NCBI RefSeq assembly: GCF_000017305.1
Contig: NC_009664.2
Span: 330,001-362,000 of the forward strand
Length of the DNA stretch: 32,000 nucleotides
Reading direction: 5' to 3'
DNA from: Kineococcus radiotolerans SRS30216 = ATCC BAA-149
GTDB taxonomy: Bacteria; Actinomycetota; Actinomycetes; Actinomycetales; Kineococcaceae
Positions 1-7,229 of this stretch are shown piece by piece; the stretch's first letter is position 1, and each line of letters opens with the position of its first letter. The notes beneath the pieces are model-generated. The model worked only from the letters and a program-made list of their open reading frames with translations. It did not search any database and had not been told where the DNA came from. The translations under genes were made by a program, and so were the position numbers.

Positions 1-244
1 CGCCCGAGGTCGCCGCCTTCCCCCCGACGTCCCGGTAGCGGGCGATGCGGGGCGCGGACAGCCGGCGGCCCTCGACGACGGCCCGCCAGACCGCGTCGAG
101 GAAGTCGCCGAGCAGGGCGGGGTCGATGCCCCCCGCGTCCTGGGCCGCGGCCCGCGCCACGGCGTCGAGGCGGTCGGCGTCGGGCGCGTCGGGCGCGTCG
201 GCGGGGCGGCCCGGGACGGGGAGGTCGGGCGGGGTCGCGGGCAC
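1..244 (-). CDS. hypothetical protein, N-terminal part (gene runs off the left edge)
   Basis: Not in the ORF track because its stop lies outside the window. From GTG at 244..242 downward, the reverse frame has G/C at nearly every third codon position. It reads VPATPPDLPVPGRPADAPDAPDADRLDAVARAAAQDAGGIDPALLGDFLDAVWRAVVEGRRLSAPRIARYRDVGGKAATSG. The same frame at 245-340 is full of A/T-ending codons and ends at an in-frame TAG (343..341). No family recognised. Confidence 0.4.
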   Translation of the reverse strand, partial: MPATPPDLPVPGRPADAPDAPDADRLDAVARAAAQDAGGIDPALLGDFLDAVWRAVVEGRRLSAPRIARYRDVGGKAATSG

Positions 245-502
245 CGCCGGATGATGGCACCGAGCGGCCCGGGAGGGTGCGGAACGTGGTGATCGACCAG
301 CGCTGCGCGATGTGACCCTGGTCACGTTGGTCGTCCACACCTACGCGTTGCTGCTCGTGGTGCCGAGGTTGCGGGAGGTAGTCTCCGGCGCGACGGACCC
401 GCACGGGTCCTCCACACGACCCGCGCCACCACCGACCGACCCGAACGCACCGGAAGCGAACGACCCGGGCCAACGCCCCCGACCGCACTGGACGTAGACG
501 AC

Positions 503-1852
503 GTGCCCCTCCCGCAGGCCAGCCCCGCCCGCCGCTCCCAGCGACTGCGCTCGACCCTGCTCCTGGCCGGAGCGGTGGTCGGCAGCGGCTGCCTGACGCT
601 CGGGCTCGTCGCCCCGGCGTCCGCCGTCGTCGTGACCCCCGTCGCCGCCCCCGTCGCCGCGCCCGCCGCCCCCGCGGCCGTGGCCGCGGACACCCCCACC
701 CCCGAGCAGCTCGCCGAGGCCCAGCGCCGGGCCGAGCGGTCCGCGGCGCAGGCCGCCCAGGCGCAGGTCGACCTGCAGGCCGCGCAGGCCCAGCTCGACG
801 CGCTGGCGGCGCAGGCCAACGCCGCCCTGGAGACCTACCAGCAGGCGATGGAGGCCAAGGCGGCCGCCGAGCAGGAGGAGATCGCCCAGCACGCCCGCCT
901 CGTCCAGGCCGAGGCGGTCCTGGCCGAGGGCAAGAAGGACCTCGGCCAGTGGGCCTCGGAGGCCTACCGCGGTGGCGGCACCCTGCAGGAGTACTCCGGC
1001 CTGGTGACCGTCCTGCAGGGCGGACCCACCGACGACACCGCCAGCACGCTGGCCTCGGTCAAGCGCATCGGCGACGGGCGCAGCAACGCCGTGGACGCCT
1101 ACGAGGAGGCCCAGCGCGTCCAGGCCGACGCGACCCAGCGGGCCGCCGCCGCCGCGGCGGAGGCCCGCACCCAGGCCGACATCGCCACCGCCGCGAAGCA
1201 GCAGTCCGACGCCCTCGTCGCCCAGCAGCGCACCCAGGTCGGCGCGCTCGCCGCCCTGCAGGCCGCGGCCGCGGGCACGGCGACCTCCGACGCCGAGCGC
1301 GCCGCGAACCTCGCCGCGGCCAAGGCCCAGGCCGACGCGGCGGCCGCGGCCGCCGCTGCGGCCGCCGCAGCCGCGGCCGCCGCCGGCACCTCCGGCGGAG
1401 CCCCCGGGTACCGGGACTACGGCGCCGCCGGCAGCTGCACCGGGGCCTCGCTCTCCGGCTACGCCAACGGCCTGCTGCCCAGGAGCGCGCTGTGCCCGCT
1501 GTGGGGGGCGCCGAACCACATCCTGCGCTCCGACGCCGCCAACGCCTTCCAGGCTCTCAGCCAGGCCTACGCCGCGGAGTTCGGGGCCCCGATCTCGATC
1601 ACCGACTCCTACCGGACCCTCGCCGAGCAGATCGACGTCAAGCAGCGCAAGCCCGGGCTCGCCGCGAAGCCGGGCACCAGCCGCCACGGGCTGGGCATCG
1701 CCGTCGACCTCGGCGGCGGCATCCAGAACGCCACCTCCGCCCAGCACCTGTGGATGGACCGCAACGCCGCCCTCTACGGCTGGATCAACCCCGCCTGGGC
1801 GCAGAACCGCGGCGGCCAGTTCGAGCCCTGGCACTGGGAGTTCACCGGCTGA
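503..1852 (+). CDS. secreted M15 (VanY-like D-Ala-D-Ala carboxypeptidase family) peptidoglycan hydrolase with an N-terminal coiled-coil domain
   Basis: 449-aa ORF with a GTG start. It has an N-terminal signal peptide (RSTLLLAGAVVGSGCLTLGLVAPASA). About 250 aa of Ala/Gln/Glu-rich heptad-like sequence follows, then a 16-Ala run. The C-terminal domain carries M15B/VanY-type motifs (SYRTLAEQ, SRHGLGIAVDL, WHWEF). Confidence 0.8.
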   Translation: MPLPQASPARRSQRLRSTLLLAGAVVGSGCLTLGLVAPASAVVVTPVAAPVAAPAAPAAVAADTPTPEQLAEAQRRAERSAAQAAQAQVDLQAAQAQLDALAAQANAALETYQQAMEAKAAAEQEEIAQHARLVQAEAVLAEGKKDLGQWASEAYRGGGTLQEYSGLVTVLQGGPTDDTASTLASVKRIGDGRSNAVDAYEEAQRVQADATQRAAAAAAEARTQADIATAAKQQSDALVAQQRTQVGALAALQAAAAGTATSDAERAANLAAAKAQADAAAAAAAAAAAAAAAAGTSGGAPGYRDYGAAGSCTGASLSGYANGLLPRSALCPLWGAPNHILRSDAANAFQALSQAYAAEFGAPISITDSYRTLAEQIDVKQRKPGLAAKPGTSRHGLGIAVDLGGGIQNATSAQHLWMDRNAALYGWINPAWAQNRGGQFEPWHWEFTG

Positions 1853-1862
1853 TGGTGCGCTG

Positions 1863-2663
1863 ATGGTGCCCCGGCCGCCGGCCCGCACCGCGTTCTGCAC
1901 CTGGCGGGGGCCGATCGCGATGGCCCACCGGGGGTTCGCCGCGACCCCGGAGCTGGCCGGGCTGGAGAACTCCCTGCCGGCCTTCGCCGCCGCCGTGGAC
2001 CTGGGGTACCGCTACCTGGAGACCGACGTCCGCGCCAGCGCCGACGGGGTCCTCGTCGCCTTCCACGACGAACGGCTGGACCGGGTCACCGACGCCCGCG
2101 GCGAGCTCGCCGCCCTGCCCTGGTCGCGCCTGCGGGCGGTGCGCATCGCCGGGCGCGAACCCGTTCCCCGCCTCGAGGACGTCCTGGGGTCCTTCCCCGC
2201 GGCCCGCTTCAACCTCGACGTCAAGACCGCCGCGGCCGTCCCCGGCCTGGCGGAGGTGCTGCGGCGCACCCGCGCCCACGGCCGGGTCCTCGTCACCGCC
2301 TTCGCCGAGGACCGCCGCCGCGCCGCGCTCGCCGCCGTCGGCGGGGCCGAGGCGACCTCGGCGGGCTCGCGCGCCACCGCCCTCGCCCTGGCCGGGGTGA
2401 AGCTGGGGTCCGACGCCCTGGTGCGCCGGGCGCTGGCCGGGGTCGACGCCGTGCAGGTCCCCGTGCGCCACGGCGGGGTGGAGGTCGTCTCGCGGCGCTT
2501 CGTCGACGCCGTGCACCGCGCCGGAGCGCAGGTCCACGTCTGGACCGTCGACGACGCCCTCCAGGTGGGGGCGCTGCTCGACCTGGGCGTGGACGGGATC
2601 ATCACCGACCGCGCCGACGTCCTGCGCGAGGTCCTGCTGGCCCGGGGGCAGTGGGTCTCGTGA
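1863..2663 (+). CDS. glycerophosphodiester phosphodiesterase (GDPD family)
   Basis: 266 aa with GDPD signatures: AHRG, LENSLPAF, YLETDVRASADGVLVAFHDERLDRVTD, and C-terminal GVDGIITDR. The ATG at 1863 overlaps a TGA (see the junction finding). Confidence 0.85.
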   Translation: MVPRPPARTAFCTWRGPIAMAHRGFAATPELAGLENSLPAFAAAVDLGYRYLETDVRASADGVLVAFHDERLDRVTDARGELAALPWSRLRAVRIAGREPVPRLEDVLGSFPAARFNLDVKTAAAVPGLAEVLRRTRAHGRVLVTAFAEDRRRAALAAVGGAEATSAGSRATALALAGVKLGSDALVRRALAGVDAVQVPVRHGGVEVVSRRFVDAVHRAGAQVHVWTVDDALQVGALLDLGVDGIITDRADVLREVLLARGQWVS

Positions 2664-4036
2664 GCCCGGGGCCCGAGGCCGTCGACGTCCGCTCCGCGGG
2701 ACGCGCCCGCCGCTCCTGGTACGTCTACGACTGGGCCAACTCCGCCTTCGTCACCACGACGCAGACGGTGCTGTTCGCGCCCTACCTCACCGTCCTGGCC
2801 CGGCGGGCGGCGTGCCCCGAGGCGCCGGAGGGCTGCACCCGCACCCTCTCGGTCCTGGGGCTGCCGGTGGCGCCGGGGTCGCTGGCCCTCTACACGATCA
2901 CCCTGGCCACGGTCCTCGCCGCGCTGGTGCTCCCCTTCGTCGGGGCCCTGGCCGACCGCAGCCGGCACCGGCACCGGCTGCTGGCGGGCTTCGCCTGGGT
3001 GGGGGCGGGGGCCGCCACCGCCATGGTGGCCATGGGCGGGGACCGCTGGTGGCTCGGCGTCCTGCTGGCCCTGGTCGCCGTGGTCAGCCTGGTCTGCTCG
3101 ATGGTCGTCAACGACGCCCTGCTCTGCGACGTGGCCGCCCCCGAGGACCGCGACCGGGTCTCCTCGCGGGGGTGGGCGGCGGGCTACCTCGCCGGGTTCC
3201 TGCTGCTGGCCCTCAACCTGCTGCTGGTCTCCACCCCGGCCACCTTCGGCCTCGACGACGAGTGGGCCGTGCGGGTCTCGCTGGCCTCCGCGGGGCTGTG
3301 GTGGGGGCTGTTCACCATCGTCCCCTTCGTCGGCCTGCGGCGGCTGCCGCCGCGTCCCGTCCTGGACCTCGCCCCCGGCGCGCACGGCTCCCCCGCGGCC
3401 CCCGTCCGGCAGCTGGTCGCCACGCTGCGCGGGCTGCGCCGGTACCCGCAGGTGCTGCGGTTCCTGCTGGCCTACCTGGTCTTCAACGACGGCATCCAGA
3501 CGGTGATCGCCGCGGCGAGCGTCTACGGCCAGGAGGAGCTGGGCTTCGACCAGCCGCAGCTGCTGACCACCGTCCTGCTCGTCCAGGGCGTCGCCTTCGG
3601 CGGGGCGCTGCTGTTCGGGCGCCTCGCGGGCACCTTCGGGGCCCAGCGCACCATCACGGGCGGTCTGGGGTTGTGGATCGTCGTGGTGCTGGGGGCCTTC
3701 GCCGTCCCGCGCGGGGCGTTCGGCACCTGGCTGGTCCTGGCCGTCCTCATCGGCCTGGTCCTCGGCGGGACGCAGGCGCTGGCGCGCTCCCTCTACAGCC
3801 GGCTGGTGCCGGTGGGGGCGGAGGCGGAGTACTTCAGCCTGTACCAGGCCGGGGAGCGCGGGACGAGCTGGCTGGGCACCCTCGCCTTCGGGTTGGTGGC
3901 CCAGCTGAGCGGGTCCTACCGCCCCGCGCTGCTGGCCCTGCTGGCCTTCTTCGTGGTGGGCGCGCTGCTCCTGTCGAGGGTCGACGTCGAGGCCGGGGTT
4001 CAGCAGGCACACCGAGGTACCGATCCAGTACGTTGA
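2651..4036 (+). CDS. MFS transporter, UMF1 / Atg22-like family
   Basis: 461 aa and multi-TM. The N-terminal SWYVYDWANSAF motif is typical of the UMF1 (Atg22-like) MFS family. An alternative GTG start at 2660 gives a GTGA overlap with the GDPD stop (2661-2663). Confidence 0.8.
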   Translation: MGLVSPGPEAVDVRSAGRARRSWYVYDWANSAFVTTTQTVLFAPYLTVLARRAACPEAPEGCTRTLSVLGLPVAPGSLALYTITLATVLAALVLPFVGALADRSRHRHRLLAGFAWVGAGAATAMVAMGGDRWWLGVLLALVAVVSLVCSMVVNDALLCDVAAPEDRDRVSSRGWAAGYLAGFLLLALNLLLVSTPATFGLDDEWAVRVSLASAGLWWGLFTIVPFVGLRRLPPRPVLDLAPGAHGSPAAPVRQLVATLRGLRRYPQVLRFLLAYLVFNDGIQTVIAAASVYGQEELGFDQPQLLTTVLLVQGVAFGGALLFGRLAGTFGAQRTITGGLGLWIVVVLGAFAVPRGAFGTWLVLAVLIGLVLGGTQALARSLYSRLVPVGAEAEYFSLYQAGERGTSWLGTLAFGLVAQLSGSYRPALLALLAFFVVGALLLSRVDVEAGVQQAHRGTDPVR

Positions 4037-4091
4037 GTAACTAGTCAACTTCGCTGCGCACACGACCTCCACACTCCGGTGGTGCAGGTCA

Positions 4092-4117
4092 CGGAACAGC
4101 GGGGGTCGTCACGGCGT
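4092..4117 (+). promoter_or_regulatory. candidate ECF (SigR/SigH/SigE-type) promoter for rbpA: GGAAC-N18-GTT
   Basis: cGGAACa at 4092-4096, an 18-nt spacer, then cGTT at 4115-4117, about 77 nt upstream of the rbpA ATG. It matches the published GGAAT/C-N17-18-GTT consensus for the thiol-stress sigma factors of Streptomyces and mycobacteria. rbpA is a reported SigR/SigE-dependent gene. Confidence 0.45.
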
Positions 4118-4193
4118 TCAACCATCGAGTCCCTTCCACTCCCCGGGCCACCGCGGGAGGCAGCCGTGACGGAGGGGACGGTGGGGAGGTCAC

Positions 4194-4541
4194 ATGAGCG
4201 AGCGCAACCTGCGAGGGTCCCGCCTGGGGGCCGCGAGCCTCGAGAGCGAGTCCGGTGTCGAACCGGCCGAGCGCCAGATGGTCACGTACAACTGCCCCGA
4301 GGGGCACACCGTCGTGGTCCCGATGTCGCTCGAGGCCGACGTGCCTCCGTTGTGGGAGTGCCGGTGCGGGGCCGAGGCCCTGCGCGCCGACACCGACGCA
4401 CCGGAGAGGAAGGCCGGCAAACCGGCGCGCACGCACTGGGACATGCTCCTGGAGCGGCGCACCATCGCCGAGCTCGAGGTGCTGCTCGACGAGCGGCTCG
4501 AGCTGCTGCGCAGCCGTGAGCTGATCAAGCGCAGCGCCTGA
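4194..4541 (+). CDS. rbpA: RNA polymerase-binding protein RbpA
   Basis: 115 aa. The central Cys/His cluster (YNCPEGH...WECRCG) and the C-terminal sigma-interaction helix (ARTHWDMLLERRTIAELEVLLDERLELLR) are characteristic of RbpA. A GGGGAGG Shine-Dalgarno lies 5 nt upstream of the ATG. Confidence 0.9.
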   Translation: MSERNLRGSRLGAASLESESGVEPAERQMVTYNCPEGHTVVVPMSLEADVPPLWECRCGAEALRADTDAPERKAGKPARTHWDMLLERRTIAELEVLLDERLELLRSRELIKRSA

Positions 4542-4554
4542 TCCGCGAGACACC

Positions 4555-4586
4555 GAGGCCGGTCCACCACCTGGTGGGCCGGCCTC
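4555..4586. terminator. bidirectional hairpin between convergent rbpA and fxsA
   Basis: gaggccggtccacc-acct-ggtgggccggcctc forms a 14-bp stem with one G.U pair and a 4-nt loop. It lies 14 nt after the rbpA stop and 38 nt after the fxsA stop. There is no U-tract, as is usual for actinobacterial terminators. Confidence 0.6.
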
Positions 4587-4623
4587 CGTGCTGTCCCGGC
4601 CCGTACCGCCCGGGCCCGGGCGG

Positions 4624-5175
4624 TCAGCGGCCCAGCGCCCGCGGGTCCTCCACGACCTCCCCGTCCACGACCTCCCCGTCCACCACGTCGTCGCCGGTCA
4701 CGACGTCACCGGTCACGACGCGGCCCCCGCCCGCGCGGACCAGGCCCTCGACCCGGTGCCGCACCAGGCGCGCGAACGAGCGGCGCAGCAGGCGCCGGGT
4801 GGGGGGGAAGAGGCACAGCAGACCCACCACGTCGCTGATCGGGCCCGGCAGGACGAGCAGCGCACCCCCGAGGCCCACCAGCACGGCGTTGCCCACGGCC
4901 CCCGGTCGCCGGGCGGGCGCGGACCCGCCGAACGGCCCCGCCGGCCCCTGCCGCAGCGCCTCCAGGGCCTCCCGCCCGGCCCGGCGCAGCACGAGCGCAC
5001 CGGCGGCGGTCTCCACCAGGAGCAGGGCCAGGACCCAGCCGCCCCCGGCCAGGTGGGCCAGCTGCACCAGCAGCCAGACCTCCACGACCAGCAGCAGGAG
5101 CGCACCGGCGGGGACCCACGCCCAGCGCCGCCGCCCCGCCGCACCCCCGCGCCGCGGGGCCGGCCGGGCGCTCAC
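4624..5175 (-). CDS. fxsA: FxsA family membrane protein
   Basis: This is the C-terminal 183 aa of the artefactually long 696-aa ORF. The GTG at 5175..5173 overlaps the lnt stop (GTGA). It has two or three TM segments and the FxsA-type motif VLPGPISDVVGLLCLFPPTRRLLRR. The acidic repetitive tail reads VVTGDVVTGDDVVDGEVVDGEVVEDP. Confidence 0.75.
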   Translation of the reverse strand: MSARPAPRRGGAAGRRRWAWVPAGALLLLVVEVWLLVQLAHLAGGGWVLALLLVETAAGALVLRRAGREALEALRQGPAGPFGGSAPARRPGAVGNAVLVGLGGALLVLPGPISDVVGLLCLFPPTRRLLRRSFARLVRHRVEGLVRAGGGRVVTGDVVTGDDVVDGEVVDGEVVEDPRALGR

Positions 5176-6953
5176 GCCGGCACCGGGTCGCCCGCGGGCG
5201 CGCTCGGGACCGTCCGCCGGCCCCCACCGCGCCCACCGCGCCGGTCCGGCCGCTGCCCGCGGCGGGCGGTGAGCAGCAGCAGCAGCGCCAGCCCGGTCAG
5301 GACCTGCTCGGGCACCGCCCCGACCCGCGTCGCGACCGTCTCGGTGGAGCGCAGCGCCACGTCGCCCTGGAGGACGTCGCGGGTGAAGAGCGTGGTCTCG
5401 TCGTGGGCCGTCCCGTCGGGACCGATGATCGCGCTGACGCCCACGGTGGAGATCTGCACCACCGCCCGGCCGGACTCCACCGCCCGCAGCCGGGACATCG
5501 CCAGCTGCTGCACGGCCTCGTCGGAGTAGCCGAACGTCGCGTTGTTGGTCTGCACCACCAGGAACTGCGCCCCGGCGCGGACGGAGTCGCGCACGGTGTC
5601 GTCGAAGGCGACCTCGAAGCAGATGACGTCCCCGATCCGCACCCCGTTCGCCCGCAGCAGCCCCACGTGGTCGCCGTGGACGAAGTCGCGCGGGACGAGG
5701 TCCACCTTGTCGCTGAACCGGCGGAAGAAGGACCGGTGGGGCATGTACTCCCCGAAGGGGGCCGGGCGCTGTTTCACGTAGTGGCGGCTGTCGTCCTCCC
5801 GGGCCCCGGACAGCCCCTCCTGCGGGGTCACCACGAGCCCGGTGTTGGAGACGTAGCGCCCCGGGCCGTCGAGCACCGCGCCGACCAGGACCGGCACCCC
5901 GATCGCGGTGGCGGTGGACTCGATGACCCGGCGGGCGTCGGCGTTCTCGTAGGGGTCGATGTCGCTGGAGTTCTCCGGCCACAGGACCAGGTCCGGCTGC
6001 GGGGCGGTCCCGGCGGCGACCTGCTCGGCCAGCGCCCGCGTCGCGGCGGCGTGGTTGTCCAGCACCGCGCGCCGCTCGGCGTTGAACTCCAGCCCCGCCT
6101 GCGGCACGTTCCCCTGCACGGCCGCGATCCGCGTGGTGCCGTCCTCGGCGCCGGTGGGGCGCGGGACGAGAGCGCCCGCGGCGGTGACCAGGACCGCGAC
6201 CAGCAGGGACACCACCGCCGGGCGCACGCGCGGGACCCCGCGGGCCGCGCCCGGCGGGGCGGGCAGCCGGAGCAGGGCCAGGACGGCACCGGCCAGGCAG
6301 GCCCCGGCCAGCGCGACGCCGAAGGTGACGGCCGGGGACCCGCCCAGGGCCGCGAGCCCCAGGGTGGGGGCGTCGGCCTGGGAGAAGGCGAGGCGTCCCC
6401 AGGGGAAGCCCTCGAAGGGGACCCGCGCGCGGGCGGCCTCCAGGGCCACCCAGCCGGCGGCCACCGCGAGCGGGGCCAGCCCCCCGCGGGCGCGCTGCAG
6501 GCGCGGCAGGCAGGCGCCCAGGACGGCGTAGAAGAGGGCGCAGACCACCGTCAGCGCCGACCACGGCAGCAGCCCGACGTAGGTGCCGCTCCACTCCAGG
6601 TGGGGGAACATGAAGGCGGTGCCGAAGAGGAAGCCGGCGAGCAGGCCGCGCCGGGCCCGGACCCCGTGGGTGGCCAGGCTCAGCAGGGCGGCGCCGACGA
6701 TCGCCGTGGGCCACCAGCCCGCGGCGGAAGCGGCGCCGGGGAAGGCCGCCCAGGTGGCCACCCCGCCCAGGACGGCCAGCAGCAGGCCGACCGGCAGCGC
6801 GGCGGGGGCGGGTTCAGCCGGACGCGGTCGCACCAGACGAGGGTAAGCGCTGCGGCGCCGGCGCGGGCCGGGGGTCGCCCGGGACGCCGGCGACGCCGCC
6901 GAACTGCATCGAGCCCGCGCGCCCGTCGTGCCGCCACGCGCCCCGTCGGCCAC
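5172..6953 (-). CDS. lnt: apolipoprotein N-acyltransferase
   Basis: 593 aa with a polytopic N-terminal half and a C-terminal CN-hydrolase domain. The E-K-C triad sits in the expected contexts (LVLWPENS, YVKQRPAPFGEYMP, VICFEVAFDD). The start is uncertain. GTG at 6953 is the longest option. Codon bias favours GTG at 6833, which puts the first TM segment about 13 aa from the N-terminus. Confidence 0.85.
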   Translation of the reverse strand: MADGARGGTTGARARCSSAASPASRATPGPRRRRSAYPRLVRPRPAEPAPAALPVGLLLAVLGGVATWAAFPGAASAAGWWPTAIVGAALLSLATHGVRARRGLLAGFLFGTAFMFPHLEWSGTYVGLLPWSALTVVCALFYAVLGACLPRLQRARGGLAPLAVAAGWVALEAARARVPFEGFPWGRLAFSQADAPTLGLAALGGSPAVTFGVALAGACLAGAVLALLRLPAPPGAARGVPRVRPAVVSLLVAVLVTAAGALVPRPTGAEDGTTRIAAVQGNVPQAGLEFNAERRAVLDNHAAATRALAEQVAAGTAPQPDLVLWPENSSDIDPYENADARRVIESTATAIGVPVLVGAVLDGPGRYVSNTGLVVTPQEGLSGAREDDSRHYVKQRPAPFGEYMPHRSFFRRFSDKVDLVPRDFVHGDHVGLLRANGVRIGDVICFEVAFDDTVRDSVRAGAQFLVVQTNNATFGYSDEAVQQLAMSRLRAVESGRAVVQISTVGVSAIIGPDGTAHDETTLFTRDVLQGDVALRSTETVATRVGAVPEQVLTGLALLLLLTARRGQRPDRRGGRGGGRRTVPSAPAGDPVPA

Positions 6954-7100
6954 GAGGTGCGTGCCGTTGTCTAGGGGCGCGCGGACTCGACCCGTCCACC
7001 CCGACCGGTGACGCGCCCCACGCGTGGTCGCAGGTGGTGCGGCTGCGACAGCGGTGGCGCGGCGTACCGGTCGGTCTTCCCGTCGTGGACTGCAGATCAG

Positions 7101-7128
7101 AAGCTACTCAGCCGATGCCCACTGTCAA
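7101..7128 (-). promoter_or_regulatory. candidate housekeeping-sigma promoter facing lnt (TTGACA-N16-TAGCTT)
   Basis: The reverse strand reads GTCAACGGCAGG-TTGACA-GTGGGCATCGGCTGAG-TAGCTT. The -35 is at 7128..7123 and the -10 at 7106..7101. It lies in a locally AT-richer island. The -35 is embedded in the palindrome GTCAAC-N5-GTTGAC (7124-7140). Confidence 0.35.
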
Positions 7129-7229
7129 CCTGCCGTTGACCTGCGACGACGCGCAACGCGGCAGGTCAGGGCGGGGGCACGCAGCGTGATCGACGATCAC
7201 GGAACGGCGTGTCGTCCGGCGTGTCGCGG

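Noticed and set aside
45-254. The 69-aa plus-strand ORF at the left edge.
   Set aside because: It is an Arg/Ser/Ala-rich shadow. The opposite strand shows the proper GC3 periodicity, so I annotated that as the partial CDS at 1-244.
245-502. Possible cyclic-di-AMP (ydaO-type) riboswitch upstream of the secreted cell-wall hydrolase, as seen before rpf and NlpC/P60 genes in actinobacteria.
   Set aside because: I looked for the conserved ydaO segments (CGCUNAAUC, GGGGUGAAUCC, CCGAANCC...AGCUAACC) and found none. Only two simple palindromes are present.
1337-1384. A 48-nt GCN run (16 consecutive Ala codons) and the 15-bp x2 / Val-Asp-Gly repeats at 4651-4720 in the fxsA tail, considered as possible repeat arrays.
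   Set aside because: Both are in frame within well-supported coding sequences and behave as low-complexity linkers or tails. They have no spacer structure and no CRISPR-like regularity.
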